Positions 9,507-19,628 are shown, counted from the first letter of the stretch. The stretch: DNA of 63,932 bases from Candidatus Rokuibacteriota bacterium (GCA_003221455.1 QHRX01000027.1:1-63932), one strand, 5' to 3'. Notes: a model not told the origin generated them from the letters alone. A program made the numbers and translations.

Positions 9507-10934
9507 ATGGCGTCCGAGTCCCACCTCGCTCGAGGGCTGCGCTACCACTTCTCCGGTGTCGCCGGTGCCGGAATGAACCCCCTCGCCCAACTCATGCGGG
9601 CGCGTGGCCATACCGTCCAGGGCTCTGACCGCTCGTTCGAGCAGAGGAAGAACGGGGATCTGGAGGCCCGCCTGCTCGGCCTGGGTATCGAGCTGAAGCC
9701 CCAGGACGGGAGCGCGGTCACCCCGGCGATCGACCGCTTCGTCTACACCACCGCCGTCGAGGCGGATACGCCGGAAATGCTGGCGGCCCAGGCTCTCGGC
9801 CTGGATCGGGTCCCCCGGCCGCGCCTGCTCGCAGAGGTGCTGACCGGCGCCACGCCGGGCGTGGCCATCGCGGGCACAGCCGGCAAGAGCACTATCTGCG
9901 GAATGGTGGCGTGGCTCGTGCGCGAGGCGCGGCTGCCCGCCACGGTGCTCGGCGGCTCGGCGCTCGTCGGCGAGGGAAGTGCCGGCTGCTTCGTGGCCGG
10001 CCCTGCCATCGGCCCGGTCGTCGCGGAGGCCTGCGAGTCCGACGGATCCCTTGTGGGCTACTGGGCGGCGATCGGCCTCATCCACAACGTCAGCCGCGAT
10101 CACGGCGAGCTCGGGGTTGTGCGTCGGCAGTTCGCGACGTTTGCCGCCAACTGCGGAAGGCTCTTGGTCAACGCACGGTGCCCGGAGGCAGCCGGACTCG
10201 GGCGTGAGTTCAAGGCGGTCTCCTACGGCGCGTCGCCGACGGCAGACGTCCCGCTGGCGGTGGTCGGCGTCGGCCCTGACCGCGCCCGTGGCGTGCTCCG
10301 CGCCCCCGGTGGGGACCTGCGGCTCGACGTACCGCAGCCCGGCTTGCACAACCTCGAGAACGCAGCCGCCGCGGCCCTGGTCGCAATCGAATTAGGGATG
10401 CTCCCCGGGGCGATCACGACCCTCCTCTCCCGCTTCCCGGGCGTGGCGCGCCGCTTCGAAGTGGTCGGGACGACCGACTCGGGCATCCGGGTGGTGGACG
10501 ACTACGCGCACAACGGCGAAAAGCTTCGGGCGGCGATTGCGACTGCTCAGGCAGGGTCGCCACGTCTGGTCGTCGTCTTCCAGCCGCATGGCTTCGGCCC
10601 CGCTCGGTTCCTGCGTCCAGAGCTGAAGGAGCTGCTGCCGAGGGTGCTGCGCCCGCAGGACCGCTTCTGCTATGCGGAGATCTTCTATGCGGGCGGGACC
10701 GTCGCGAAGGACGTCTCGAGCCTCGAGCTGGCTCAGGACCTCCCGCCGGGCTTGAGATGCGGCTACGCGCCCGACCACGAGGGCGTCCGTCAGTGGATCC
10801 TGGCGGAGGCCCGCCCGGGGGACACCGTCCTCATCATGGGTGCCCGCGACCCAGACCTCCCCAACCTGGCTCGCACGGTCCTCGACGCGTTGCGGGCCGA
10901 GCCCGCGGCGGCGCTCACCAACTCTCCCCGCTGA
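9507..10934 (+). CDS. Mur ligase family protein (MurC/Mpl-like paralog)
   Basis: HFSGVAGAGMNPLA..GSD, GTAGKST P-loop, EACESDGSL, NVSRDH, PGLHNLEN, GVARRFE, DDYAHN, FQPH. Confidence 0.85.
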   Translation: MASESHLARGLRYHFSGVAGAGMNPLAQLMRARGHTVQGSDRSFEQRKNGDLEARLLGLGIELKPQDGSAVTPAIDRFVYTTAVEADTPEMLAAQALGLDRVPRPRLLAEVLTGATPGVAIAGTAGKSTICGMVAWLVREARLPATVLGGSALVGEGSAGCFVAGPAIGPVVAEACESDGSLVGYWAAIGLIHNVSRDHGELGVVRRQFATFAANCGRLLVNARCPEAAGLGREFKAVSYGASPTADVPLAVVGVGPDRARGVLRAPGGDLRLDVPQPGLHNLENAAAAALVAIELGMLPGAITTLLSRFPGVARRFEVVGTTDSGIRVVDDYAHNGEKLRAAIATAQAGSPRLVVVFQPHGFGPARFLRPELKELLPRVLRPQDRFCYAEIFYAGGTVAKDVSSLELAQDLPPGLRCGYAPDHEGVRQWILAEARPGDTVLIMGARDPDLPNLARTVLDALRAEPAAALTNSPR

Positions 10935-11508
10935 ACGGAGCCAGACCGGCCGACAGCGACCGACGCCGGCCGCGGGTCGGCGTCGACGCGAGAGTCGCGG
11001 TCACCGGCCGTCAGAGGGCCTCCCTGCCGAGCGCGACCGGGTCGACCCTCCGGCCGATATTGCGAAGTCCGGCCCGATCGGCTATGGTGCTGGCCACGCG
11101 AGCGGGGTGTGCATGGTCACCGTCCCTTGGACCAACCGGTCTCGAATTTTTCCGCGACGGACGACGCGTTCGGCCTTCGACGTGCGCCAGTCGGCAGCCG
11201 CCCGCGGGACCCCTCGACCGCGTCCGACGGCTCATGCGTGCCCATGAGCCTCTCCAGGTCAACGGCCCAATGTCACGCCGGTCCCCGGCCGCATCTTCTT
11301 CTCCGGCGGGCGACCTCCTGCCGACATCGGTCGCGTTGCCGCCGACGCTCTCCCGACGGCTCCGCGGCGGTGTACCGATCCTCATTCTGGCGCGGCAAGC
11401 CACTCCACCCGCCCGCCGCCGACGCGCCTCGCGCCCAGGATCTCGCTTGCCGCGCGCGAGGCGCCCGCCCGCGAGTGAACGTCTGATCCGAGAGGAGGTA
11501 TCGCTGCG

Positions 11509-11985
11509 ATGCCACAGCTGATGATCAATGGTCAGAGCTATTACTCTGATTCGCCTCCCGACACGCCACTTCTGTGGGCGATCCGGGAAGACCTAAGGCT
11601 CACCGGCACGAAGTACGGCTGCGGGTTGGGGTTGTGCGGATCCTGCACGGTGCACATCAACGGACGCGCGCAGCGTTCGTGCCTGATCCCGCTCGCAGAC
11701 GTGCCCGAGGGGGCGCTGATCACGACCATCGAGGGCCTGCACCCCTCGCACGACCACGCCGTCCAAAGAGCCTGGGTCGAGCTGCAGGTGCCCCAGTGCG
11801 GGTACTGTCAGTCGGGTCAGATCATGCAGGCGGCGTCGCTCCTCACCCGTGCCCCGAACCCAACCGAGGAACAGATCGTGGAAGCCATGGACGGGAATCT
11901 GTGCCGGTGCGCGACCTATTCGCGCATCGTGAACGCCGTGAAGCGTGCGGGCGAGATCCTGAGGGAGGGCCTGAAGAATGGCTGA
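11509..11985 (+). CDS. (2Fe-2S) small subunit, second paralog
   Basis: GTKYGCGLGLCGSCTV, QCGYCQSG, GNLCRCATY; overlaps next start. Confidence 0.92.
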   Translation: MPQLMINGQSYYSDSPPDTPLLWAIREDLRLTGTKYGCGLGLCGSCTVHINGRAQRSCLIPLADVPEGALITTIEGLHPSHDHAVQRAWVELQVPQCGYCQSGQIMQAASLLTRAPNPTEEQIVEAMDGNLCRCATYSRIVNAVKRAGEILREGLKNG

Positions 11986-14458
11986 GACGAGCCAGCACAC
12001 GACCGCGGCCGGGAGCGCGACCCAGCCAGGCATGACTCGGCGCGAATTCTTGGTGCGCTCGACGGCGACGGGCGCGGGTGTCATGCTCGGGATCGCGCTT
12101 GGCCCTGGGCGCCTCGGCACCGTGGCGCCGGCCGGCGCCGCCGAGGGCATGGACGCCTTTACCCCCTCGATCTGGTTCACGATCACGCCCGATGGCAAGA
12201 CCACGGTGCACATCGTGAAGGCTGAGATGGGGCAGCACGTCGGAACCTCGCTCGCGCAGGTCATCACCGAAGAACTGGAAGTCAAGTGGGACGACGTCCG
12301 GCTTGACATGCCGCAGGAAAGTGCCGAGAACTTCGCGGTCTATGGCCTCGCGTACACGGTGAACAGCGGGAGCGTGACGACCGAGTTCGACCGCCTGTCT
12401 CGTGCCGGCGCCGCGGGCCGCATTGCGCTCGTCTCGGCGGGCGCGAAGCTCTTGCGGGCGGACGAGTCTGATTGCTACGCCGAGGAAAGCCGCATTATCG
12501 ACAGGGTGTCGGGGCGCTCCATCACCTACGGCGAGATCCTGCAGAAGACGAAGATCGACCGGAAGTTTTCGTATCCGGACGACTTCAAGAAGGTGCCGCT
12601 CAAGCCGCGCGCCCAGTACAAGGTCATCGGCAAGTCCATCCCCGCCCTCGACATTCCCGCCAAGACGACCGGCGAGGCGAAGTACGGTATCGACGTCTTT
12701 CTGCCCAACATGGTCTACGGGGCGTTGGTGATTCCGCGCACCCGTTACGCATCCAGGGTGCTCGGCATCGACGACTCGGCGGCGCGGAAGATTCCCGGCT
12801 TCGTCAAGGCGGTCACGATCGACGATTCGAGCGGCAAGTGTACCGGTTGGGTCGTCGCGCTGGCCGAGAAGTTCCCGGCCGCGGTGAAAGCAGCGACGGC
12901 TCTCAAGGTCGAGTGGGACGCCGGTCCCTACGCCACCCTCGGCAGCGCGGACTTGCTCCGCGAGTACAAGAAGCTCGCGCAGAGCACGGCGGAGAGCGCG
13001 GCGTGGGTGCTGGAGGGCGACGTCGACCAGGCGCTCGGACAATCCGAGAGGGTGCTCGAGATGGAGTACACCACGGACATGGTCTGCCACGCGACCATGG
13101 AGCCCCTCAACGCCACCGTGGCGGAGGTCAACGGCGAGTGGCACGTCTATGTCGGCACGCAGAGTACCTCGTTCGCCCGCATGACGCTGACGGGGTACCT
13201 CGCGAAGGTCCTGAAAAAGAAGCCCGAGGACCTGAAGGTGTACGTGCATCAGCACCTCGTCGGGGGCGGCTTCGGGGGCAAGCAGGACTACGACGAGATC
13301 CTCGCCGCCGCGTATTGCGCGAGGGAGGCTGGGCGGCCGGTGAAGCTGATCCAGACGCGGGAGTCCAACTTCGCCACCAGCTTTCCGCGCACACCCACGT
13401 ACCACAGGGTCCGGGCAGGCCTGAAGGACGGCGGCCTGGTCGCCATGAACCACGACATCGTCTGCGGCTGGATGGGGCCCCGGTTTTACGTCGGCAAAAA
13501 GTACGGCTCAGACTGGCTGCAGCTCGACGCGGTTGACGGGACCAAGCGCGACATCGACCAGTGGTCCATCGGTGGCAGCGACCACTGGTATTACGTCAAG
13601 AACCATCGCGTCCGCGCCTGGAACCACGATCCGACCACATGGGCGGTGCAGGCCAGCGCGTTGCGCACCGTATCCAACTCTTACAACATGTTCGTCGTCG
13701 AGTCGTTCATGGACGAGGTCGCGCACGCGCTCGGGCGCGATCCGCTCGAATTCCGCCTGTCGATGCTGAATGGGAAGGGCAGCAGTCGCGGGATCCCGAA
13801 TACAGGGTATCCGCCGGGAACCGGGTCCGACTATTACATGAACCAGCTCTGGATCTCCCTGCCGTGGCCGAAGGAGGGTACGTGGATTCCCTATGAGTCC
13901 ACCACGGTTGGGGGCGCGTTGCGGCTCGCCAACTGCTTGCGGGTCGCGGCGGGCAAGGCGGGGTACGGCTCGAGGCCGCTGCCGCCCAACACCGGGTTGG
14001 GGCTGGCAGTGTCGTCGGCGGAGGAACGTCAGAGCCCGACCTGGGTGGCCGGCGTCGCCGAGGTGACCGTCGATCCGACGACGGGCAAGTACCGGATCAA
14101 CCGACTCACGATTGCCATGGACATGGGCATCGCGATCAACCCGAGGAACATCGAGGCCCAGATACAGGCCTCCGCCCTGTGGGGCGCGAGCCAGGTCTTG
14201 TCAGAGCGGCTGACGCTGAAGGAGGGGAGGTTCGAGCAGACCAACTTCCACAACTACGTGCCGATCCGGCTGTCCCAGGTGCCCAAGATCGATATCGAGA
14301 TCATTCAGTCGGGGCATCACCCGAGTGGCGTCGGGGAGCCGGCCTCGACGGTAGTCGCGCCCGCCGTAGCCAACGCGATCTACAACGCCGTCGGGGCCCG
14401 CGTGCGGCACATGCCCATCACGTCCGACCTGATCATGGCCGGCCTCGGCAAAGGCTGA
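11978..14458 (+). CDS. Xanthine dehydrogenase family molybdopterin subunit (divergent IorB type), Tat signal
   Basis: MTRREFL Tat motif; KAEMGQ, HATMEP, GGGFGGK, LRTVSN, GVGEPAS. Confidence 0.88.
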   Translation: MAETSQHTTAAGSATQPGMTRREFLVRSTATGAGVMLGIALGPGRLGTVAPAGAAEGMDAFTPSIWFTITPDGKTTVHIVKAEMGQHVGTSLAQVITEELEVKWDDVRLDMPQESAENFAVYGLAYTVNSGSVTTEFDRLSRAGAAGRIALVSAGAKLLRADESDCYAEESRIIDRVSGRSITYGEILQKTKIDRKFSYPDDFKKVPLKPRAQYKVIGKSIPALDIPAKTTGEAKYGIDVFLPNMVYGALVIPRTRYASRVLGIDDSAARKIPGFVKAVTIDDSSGKCTGWVVALAEKFPAAVKAATALKVEWDAGPYATLGSADLLREYKKLAQSTAESAAWVLEGDVDQALGQSERVLEMEYTTDMVCHATMEPLNATVAEVNGEWHVYVGTQSTSFARMTLTGYLAKVLKKKPEDLKVYVHQHLVGGGFGGKQDYDEILAAAYCAREAGRPVKLIQTRESNFATSFPRTPTYHRVRAGLKDGGLVAMNHDIVCGWMGPRFYVGKKYGSDWLQLDAVDGTKRDIDQWSIGGSDHWYYVKNHRVRAWNHDPTTWAVQASALRTVSNSYNMFVVESFMDEVAHALGRDPLEFRLSMLNGKGSSRGIPNTGYPPGTGSDYYMNQLWISLPWPKEGTWIPYESTTVGGALRLANCLRVAAGKAGYGSRPLPPNTGLGLAVSSAEERQSPTWVAGVAEVTVDPTTGKYRINRLTIAMDMGIAINPRNIEAQIQASALWGASQVLSERLTLKEGRFEQTNFHNYVPIRLSQVPKIDIEIIQSGHHPSGVGEPASTVVAPAVANAIYNAVGARVRHMPITSDLIMAGLGKG

Positions 14459-14573
14459 CGCGTGCCGGCCGGTGGCACGGTGAAAGCCAGACGTGTACCA
14501 CCGGCCGGGACCCACCGGGCCCTGGTCGCGCCGAAGAATTCGAGGCGGCTCCTCGTTCCGCCCGGAGACGCTT

Positions 14574-16022
14574 ATGGCCGAGAGAACTGCATCGACTGAC
14601 CGTGTGGTGAGCGACGTACCCGACGAGGGGGCGCTGGCAAAGGTGGCGCTGGCGCTCGCCGACTGGAGCGAGCGCTGGTTCCCGGACGCGCTGATCTTCG
14701 CCATGGCGGCCGTGGTGGTGGTCGCCGTCGGCGCGCTCGCCCTCGGGGCACCGCCCCGGGTCGTGACGATCCAGTTCGGCAAGGGATTTTGGGACCTGAT
14801 CCCGTTCACCATGCAGATGGCGCTGATCATCGTCGGCGGCTACGTCGTAGCCAGCTCGCCGCCGGTCGCCCGTCTCATCGAGTGGCTGGCGACGCTGCCG
14901 CGAACCGGGCGGGGCGCGGTCGCGTACATCGCGCTGCTGAGCATGCTCACCTCGATGATCAGCTGGGGGTTTAGTCTCGTCTTCAGCGGCCTGCTGGTCC
15001 GCGAGATCGCCCGACGGCTGCCTCGCCTGGACTACCGCGCGGCTGGGGCCGCCGCCTACCTGGGGCTCGGGAGCATCTGGGCGCTCGGCCTCTCCTCGTC
15101 GGCGGCCCAACTTCAGGCCAACCGGGCCAGCCTGCCGCCAGCGCTGTTAAAGATCACCGGGGTCATCCCGTTCACGGAGACGATCTTCCTCTGGCAGGGC
15201 CTGGCCACGGCGCTGATCCTCCTCGTCGTCTCTGTGGCCGTGGCCTATCTCTCGGCGCCGTCGGACACCCTGGCGCGTCCGGCGTCGACCTTTGGGCTGA
15301 GGCTTGAGCCAATGCGGAGCGACCTCGAGCCACGCACGCGGCCGGGGGAGTGGCTCGAGTACAGCCCGCTCTTGACGATCCTGATCGCGATCCTCGCCAT
15401 CGGCTGGGTCGGGAGCACCTTCTCGACCCTGGGCCCGATGACGGCCATCGCCAATCTGAACACCTATAACTTCATCTTTCTGACGCTCGGCCTGCTCCTC
15501 CACTGGCGACCCCGGCGGTTCCTGCACGCGGTCGGGGCGGCGGTGCCGGCGACGGCGGGCGTGCTGGTGCAGTTCCCGTTCTACGCGAGCATCGCGGCGA
15601 TCCTCACGGGTGCCAAAGGGACGGGCGACGTCACGCTCTCGGACTGGCTGGCTCGGGTCTTTGTCTCGCTCTCGAACGAACACACCTTCCCGCTTCTCGT
15701 GTCGGCCTACTCGGCCATCCTCGGACTCTTCGTGCCCTCCGGCGGAGGCAAGTGGGTGATTGAGGGGCCGTACGTGATGCAGGCCGCCAACACGTTGCAG
15801 GTGCACCTCGGGTGGGTCGTCCAGATCTACAACACCGCGGAGGCCCTGCCGAATCTCGTGAACCCGTTCTGGATGCTCCCGCTGCTGGGTATCCTCGGCG
15901 TCAAGGCCCGCGAGCTGGTCGGCTATACAATCCTCCAGGTGATCGTGCACACGCCGATCATCCTCTTTCTCATGTGGCTTTTTGCCCGGACCCTGACCTA
16001 CCATCCGCCGGTGCTGCCGTGA
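14574..16022 (+). CDS. atoE: Short-chain fatty acid transporter (AtoE/TIGR00366 family)
   Basis: ERWFPDALIFA, FTMQM, VPSGGGKW, NLVNPFWMLPLLGILG; start ATG 14574. Confidence 0.88.
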   Translation: MAERTASTDRVVSDVPDEGALAKVALALADWSERWFPDALIFAMAAVVVVAVGALALGAPPRVVTIQFGKGFWDLIPFTMQMALIIVGGYVVASSPPVARLIEWLATLPRTGRGAVAYIALLSMLTSMISWGFSLVFSGLLVREIARRLPRLDYRAAGAAAYLGLGSIWALGLSSSAAQLQANRASLPPALLKITGVIPFTETIFLWQGLATALILLVVSVAVAYLSAPSDTLARPASTFGLRLEPMRSDLEPRTRPGEWLEYSPLLTILIAILAIGWVGSTFSTLGPMTAIANLNTYNFIFLTLGLLLHWRPRRFLHAVGAAVPATAGVLVQFPFYASIAAILTGAKGTGDVTLSDWLARVFVSLSNEHTFPLLVSAYSAILGLFVPSGGGKWVIEGPYVMQAANTLQVHLGWVVQIYNTAEALPNLVNPFWMLPLLGILGVKARELVGYTILQVIVHTPIILFLMWLFARTLTYHPPVLP

Positions 16023-16685
16023 CTGACGCGCAGACGGCCGAACGGGTTAGAACCGATCGGGGAGCGCGGCCCCACCAGGAGCGCGCGTCCTCGGGCCGGA
16101 GCGGGTGCAGACGCTCGGGGAGGAGCGTGCTCGCCGTCGAGCCTGTCCCGCGCTGACCTCCGCCCGCATGTAGCGCCTCCCAAGATCGCGCGCACCATCG
16201 GTGTCCCGTCGGCACCCAGACATGAAAGCTCCCCCCAGGCTTCCCCTTCCCCATGGCGAGCTTCATCGCCCAAGGCGCCGGACTCGAGGCGCGGTGAGGC
16301 TCCGTGGTTCCGCCCGAGGGTGTCGTCGGCACCGCCGGGCGCCGGCGCTCCATGGAACGGTACGACGACGGCACCGCCTCTGGTGCCGCGGACGCCGCTC
16401 GACCCGGGTGCCTGTCGTGCCGGCGCGGGAGACCCGTGCTGACCGCGGGCCGCGGAGCGTCGCCGGTATTCCCGAGCCGACTCAGCGCCCGGGCGGGGGC
16501 TCCGTGAGGGGGGGGAGGGGGCCGCGGGCGTCGGGCGACGGCAGGGGCAGTCAGCGTGGGTCGAGGACGAGCTCCTGTCGGATTCTGGATGGGGTGCCTT
16601 GCCCGGACCGCTGGCCGCGGACATGCCCGTACGTCAGGCGCGGGGACCGCGCTGTCTGGACGTTTCGGCCCCCGACCCGGACTTG

Positions 16686-17486
16686 ATGCTCAGGGAGCGG
16701 CTTCGCGTCCTCTACCCGGGGGTGTCGGGCCGCCGGCTCAAACAGTGGCTCGCCGGCGCGCGCGTTCGAGTCAACGGCGTCGTCGTCCACCGTGGCGACT
16801 CCCTGGTGGGTCCCGGCGACCGTGTCGAACTGGGAGCGCCGCCGCCGGCCCCCTTCCCGGCGGCGCTCGGCCTCGTACATGAGGACGAGCACCTCCTCGT
16901 GGTCGACAAGCCCGCGGCGCTCCTGACGATCGCGACCGCCGCCGAGCGCCGACGGACCGTCTACCGCCTGCTGAGCGATTGGGTGCGGGCGCGGGGAGGC
17001 CGGCGGATCTTCGTCGTCCATCGGCTCGATCGCGAGACCTCCGGCCTCCTCGTCTTCGCGAAGTCGTTTGCGGTGAAGCGGGCGCTTCAAGCGCAGTTCG
17101 AGGCGCGCACGCCCGAGCGGGTGTACGTGGCCCGCGTGGAAGGCGTCGTCCGGGAAGAGGAGGGTACGCTGACCTCGTACCTCGTGGAGAACCGGGCCCT
17201 GCGCGTTCGAACCGCGCGCCGCGGCCAGGAGGCGATCACCCGCTACCGGGTGCTGGCGCGCTTTCGGGGGGCGACGCTGCTCGAGCTCGCGCTCGTGACC
17301 GGGCGGCGGGGCCAGATCCGTGCTCAGCTCGCCGCCCTCGGACACCCGATCGTCGGCGACCGGGAGTACGGGAGCCGCTCTAATCCCCTCGGGCGCGTTT
17401 GCCTGCACGCGACGCGGCTCGGCTTCGTCCACCCGAGCGGGCGGCGCGTCTCCTTCCAGAGTCCGCCGCCCGCGGGCTTCAGGTAG
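16686..17486 (+). CDS. RluA-family pseudouridine synthase
   Basis: S4-like N-terminus, VDKPA.LL, HRLDRETSG catalytic motif, TGRRGQIR, HPIVGD, LHA. Confidence 0.9.
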   Translation: MLRERLRVLYPGVSGRRLKQWLAGARVRVNGVVVHRGDSLVGPGDRVELGAPPPAPFPAALGLVHEDEHLLVVDKPAALLTIATAAERRRTVYRLLSDWVRARGGRRIFVVHRLDRETSGLLVFAKSFAVKRALQAQFEARTPERVYVARVEGVVREEEGTLTSYLVENRALRVRTARRGQEAITRYRVLARFRGATLLELALVTGRRGQIRAQLAALGHPIVGDREYGSRSNPLGRVCLHATRLGFVHPSGRRVSFQSPPPAGFR

Positions 17487-17805
17487 GGCCTCGGCCCCGG
17501 CGGGCGAGCGCCGGGCCGCCTTCGCCGCCGCGGGCGATCCTCGCGGCTCTCGAAGTTCGGGCGATGGGCTCCTCGTTCGTCCCGGAGGAGGAGCGCGCGG
17601 GCACGCTCTCCCGCCGATGCCTGACGCCACCGATGCCGCCCGGGAGCCGTCGCTAACCCCTAGTGGCCCCGTAGGCCGCGGGTCAATATATTGGGTTTTT
17701 TCCTTCTTCCTGAGGCCAGTAACTTCGATAATGGCAGTCGGACGGGCGTCCCCCGGGGGGGCGCCGCTGGAGGGTAACGCAACCGTTCCAAACGGAGGGT
17801 AACGG

Positions 17806-17967
17806 ATGGCAAAAGACAAAAAGGCGGCATTCGGGGGGTATTCCATAAACTTCGACGGCTGCAACGACACGCTCACCGCCGTCTTCGGCGACAAGCCGAT
17901 CCCCCCGTCGGAAATGACGAAGAAGCTCTGGGCTTACGTCAAGCGAAAGAGGCTCGGCCACAAGTAG
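17806..17967 (+). CDS. 53-aa basic protein resembling half of a SWIB/MDM2 domain
   Basis: Manual: MAKDKKAAFGGYSINFDGCNDTLTAVFGDKPIPPSEMTKKLWAYVKRKRLGHK*; GGAGG SD, upstream GATAAT, downstream hairpin; below the ORF-track cutoff. Confidence 0.8.
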   Translation: MAKDKKAAFGGYSINFDGCNDTLTAVFGDKPIPPSEMTKKLWAYVKRKRLGHK

Positions 17968-17979
17968 CCACGACGCCAC

Positions 17980-18010
17980 GGAGGCGGCCGTGCGCCCAGC
18001 GGCCGCCTCC
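17980..18010. terminator. GC hairpin between convergent genes
   Basis: GGAGGCGGCCG-N9-CGGCCGCCTCC perfect 11-bp stem; no U tract. Confidence 0.5.
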
Positions 18011-18224
18011 TCGCTTCAACCGAGTCTGGGCGGCAGCCGGTCGGTCTGGGCGGCGGGAGAGCCGCCGGGAGACCGATCAGACCCGTTCATCCCGCAGGAT
18101 TTCCGGCTCTCGACCGCCCGGAACGGGGCCCACGGCCGCGAGCGCCGGGGTCCACCCGAAGCGCGGCCGACGGCGATCGCGAACCTGAACACCGTCCGCC
18201 GCCGCTCCGTCACAGAGTCGCGGT

Positions 18225-19613
18225 TCACCGCAGGTCGGCGCGGTAGGTCTCCGTGAGCGTGAGGTAGACGAGGAAGGACACGAGGCCGGCCGCGATCAGG
18301 TAAAACGTAAACGACAGACGGTTGCCGGTCGCGCCGACGAGGTAGGTGGCGATGAAGGGGGCGGTGCCGCCGAACGCGGCGACCGCGAGATTGTAGGGAA
18401 CCGAGATGGCGGTGTAGCGGATCCGCGTCGGGAAGATCTCCGAGTAGGCCGCCGGCGCGGGTCCGGAGAACAGAGCCTCCAGCGTGATGCCCACCAGCTG
18501 GGCGGCGAGGATGACCCAGAAAGAGCGCGTCGCCTCCATCAGGCGGAACAGGGGATAACCGAGGATCGCGCAGCCAGCGGCGTGGGCCAGGAGGAGCGGC
18601 TTCCGGCCGACGTGGTCGGACAGCGCGCCCGCGAACGGGATCAGGACAATGAAGACCGCGAGCCCGATCGTGTTGATGAGCGCGGCCTCGCGCACCGGCA
18701 GGTTCAGCACGGCGGACACGTAGGTCGGGAAGTAGGCGAGGAAGACGTAGTAGGCGACCGTTCCGCTCAGCGTGAAGCCCACCACGGTCAGGAGGCCGCG
18801 GCGGTGCGCCGAGAAGGCCTCCGTGATCGGGGCCCGGGCGACCTGACCGCTCTCCTCGAGCGCCCGAAACCTCGGGGTGTCCGCGAGCCCCAACCGCAGG
18901 TACAACCCCACGAGGGCGATGACGAGTCCGAACAGGAAGGGGAGCCGCCAGCCCCAGGCGGTCAGCGTCTCGGTCGTCAGCGTCGACGTGAGGAGAGTGG
19001 CGACGGCGGAGCCCGCGAGGAAGCCAGCCCCGACGCTCACCTGCTGCCAGCTCCCCGTGAGCCCGCGCCGACCCGGCCGCGCGTACTCGACGAGGAAGGC
19101 CGCCACGCCCGCCCACTCACCGCCTGCCGAGAAGCCCTGGGCGAGGCGGAGCCCGAGCAGCGAGAGCGGCGCGAGGATGCCGATGCGACCGTAGGGCGGG
19201 AGGAGTCCGATGACGAAGGTCGAGGCCCCCATCAGGATGACCGTGGCGGCGAGCGCGTTGCGGCGACCGCGCGTGTCGCCATAGTGGCCAAAGAAGAGGC
19301 CACCCAGAGGGCGCATGAAGAACCCGACACCGAAGACGCCGAAACTCAGGAGCAGCGAGCGGTTCGGGATGTCCGAGGGAAAGAACAGCGTGCCGATGGT
19401 CGGGGCAAAGTAGGCGTAGACCGCGAAGTCGTACCACTCGATGACGTTGCCGATCGTGCCCGCGACGATGGGCAGCACGGCGGCCAGGCGCTGTGTCGGC
19501 CGGTTCAGCGCCGGCCTCTCAGTGCCCGCGCGGCGCAGACGCGAGATCGACCGCCGGCCCCAGACGCCTGACCCACGGACACCCCCGCCCTGGCTGCTGC
19601 CCTGGTCCGGCAC
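18225..19613 (-). CDS. MFS transporter, metabolite:H+ symporter (ProP-like); true start uncertain (possibly 19508 or 19478)
   Basis: GNVIEWYDF, RPLGG..FG..GD..GRR, QGFSAGGE, SDHVGRKP. Confidence 0.88.
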   Translation of the reverse strand: MPDQGSSQGGGVRGSGVWGRRSISRLRRAGTERPALNRPTQRLAAVLPIVAGTIGNVIEWYDFAVYAYFAPTIGTLFFPSDIPNRSLLLSFGVFGVGFFMRPLGGLFFGHYGDTRGRRNALAATVILMGASTFVIGLLPPYGRIGILAPLSLLGLRLAQGFSAGGEWAGVAAFLVEYARPGRRGLTGSWQQVSVGAGFLAGSAVATLLTSTLTTETLTAWGWRLPFLFGLVIALVGLYLRLGLADTPRFRALEESGQVARAPITEAFSAHRRGLLTVVGFTLSGTVAYYVFLAYFPTYVSAVLNLPVREAALINTIGLAVFIVLIPFAGALSDHVGRKPLLLAHAAGCAILGYPLFRLMEATRSFWVILAAQLVGITLEALFSGPAPAAYSEIFPTRIRYTAISVPYNLAVAAFGGTAPFIATYLVGATGNRLSFTFYLIAAGLVSFLVYLTLTETYRADLR

Positions 19614-19628
19614 GAGAGCACGCGTGCC

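Noticed and set aside
10935-11508. 574-nt intergenic before iorA2 as a riboswitch or sigma54 promoter
   Set aside because: GG/GC spacings found were N8 or N9, not N10; hairpins are generic and match no known RNA motif
16023-16685. 660-nt gap with short ORFs (e.g. MKLAMGKGKPGG..., MERYDDG...CLSC)
   Set aside because: No consistent frame, SD or motif; possibly decayed DNA but unsupported
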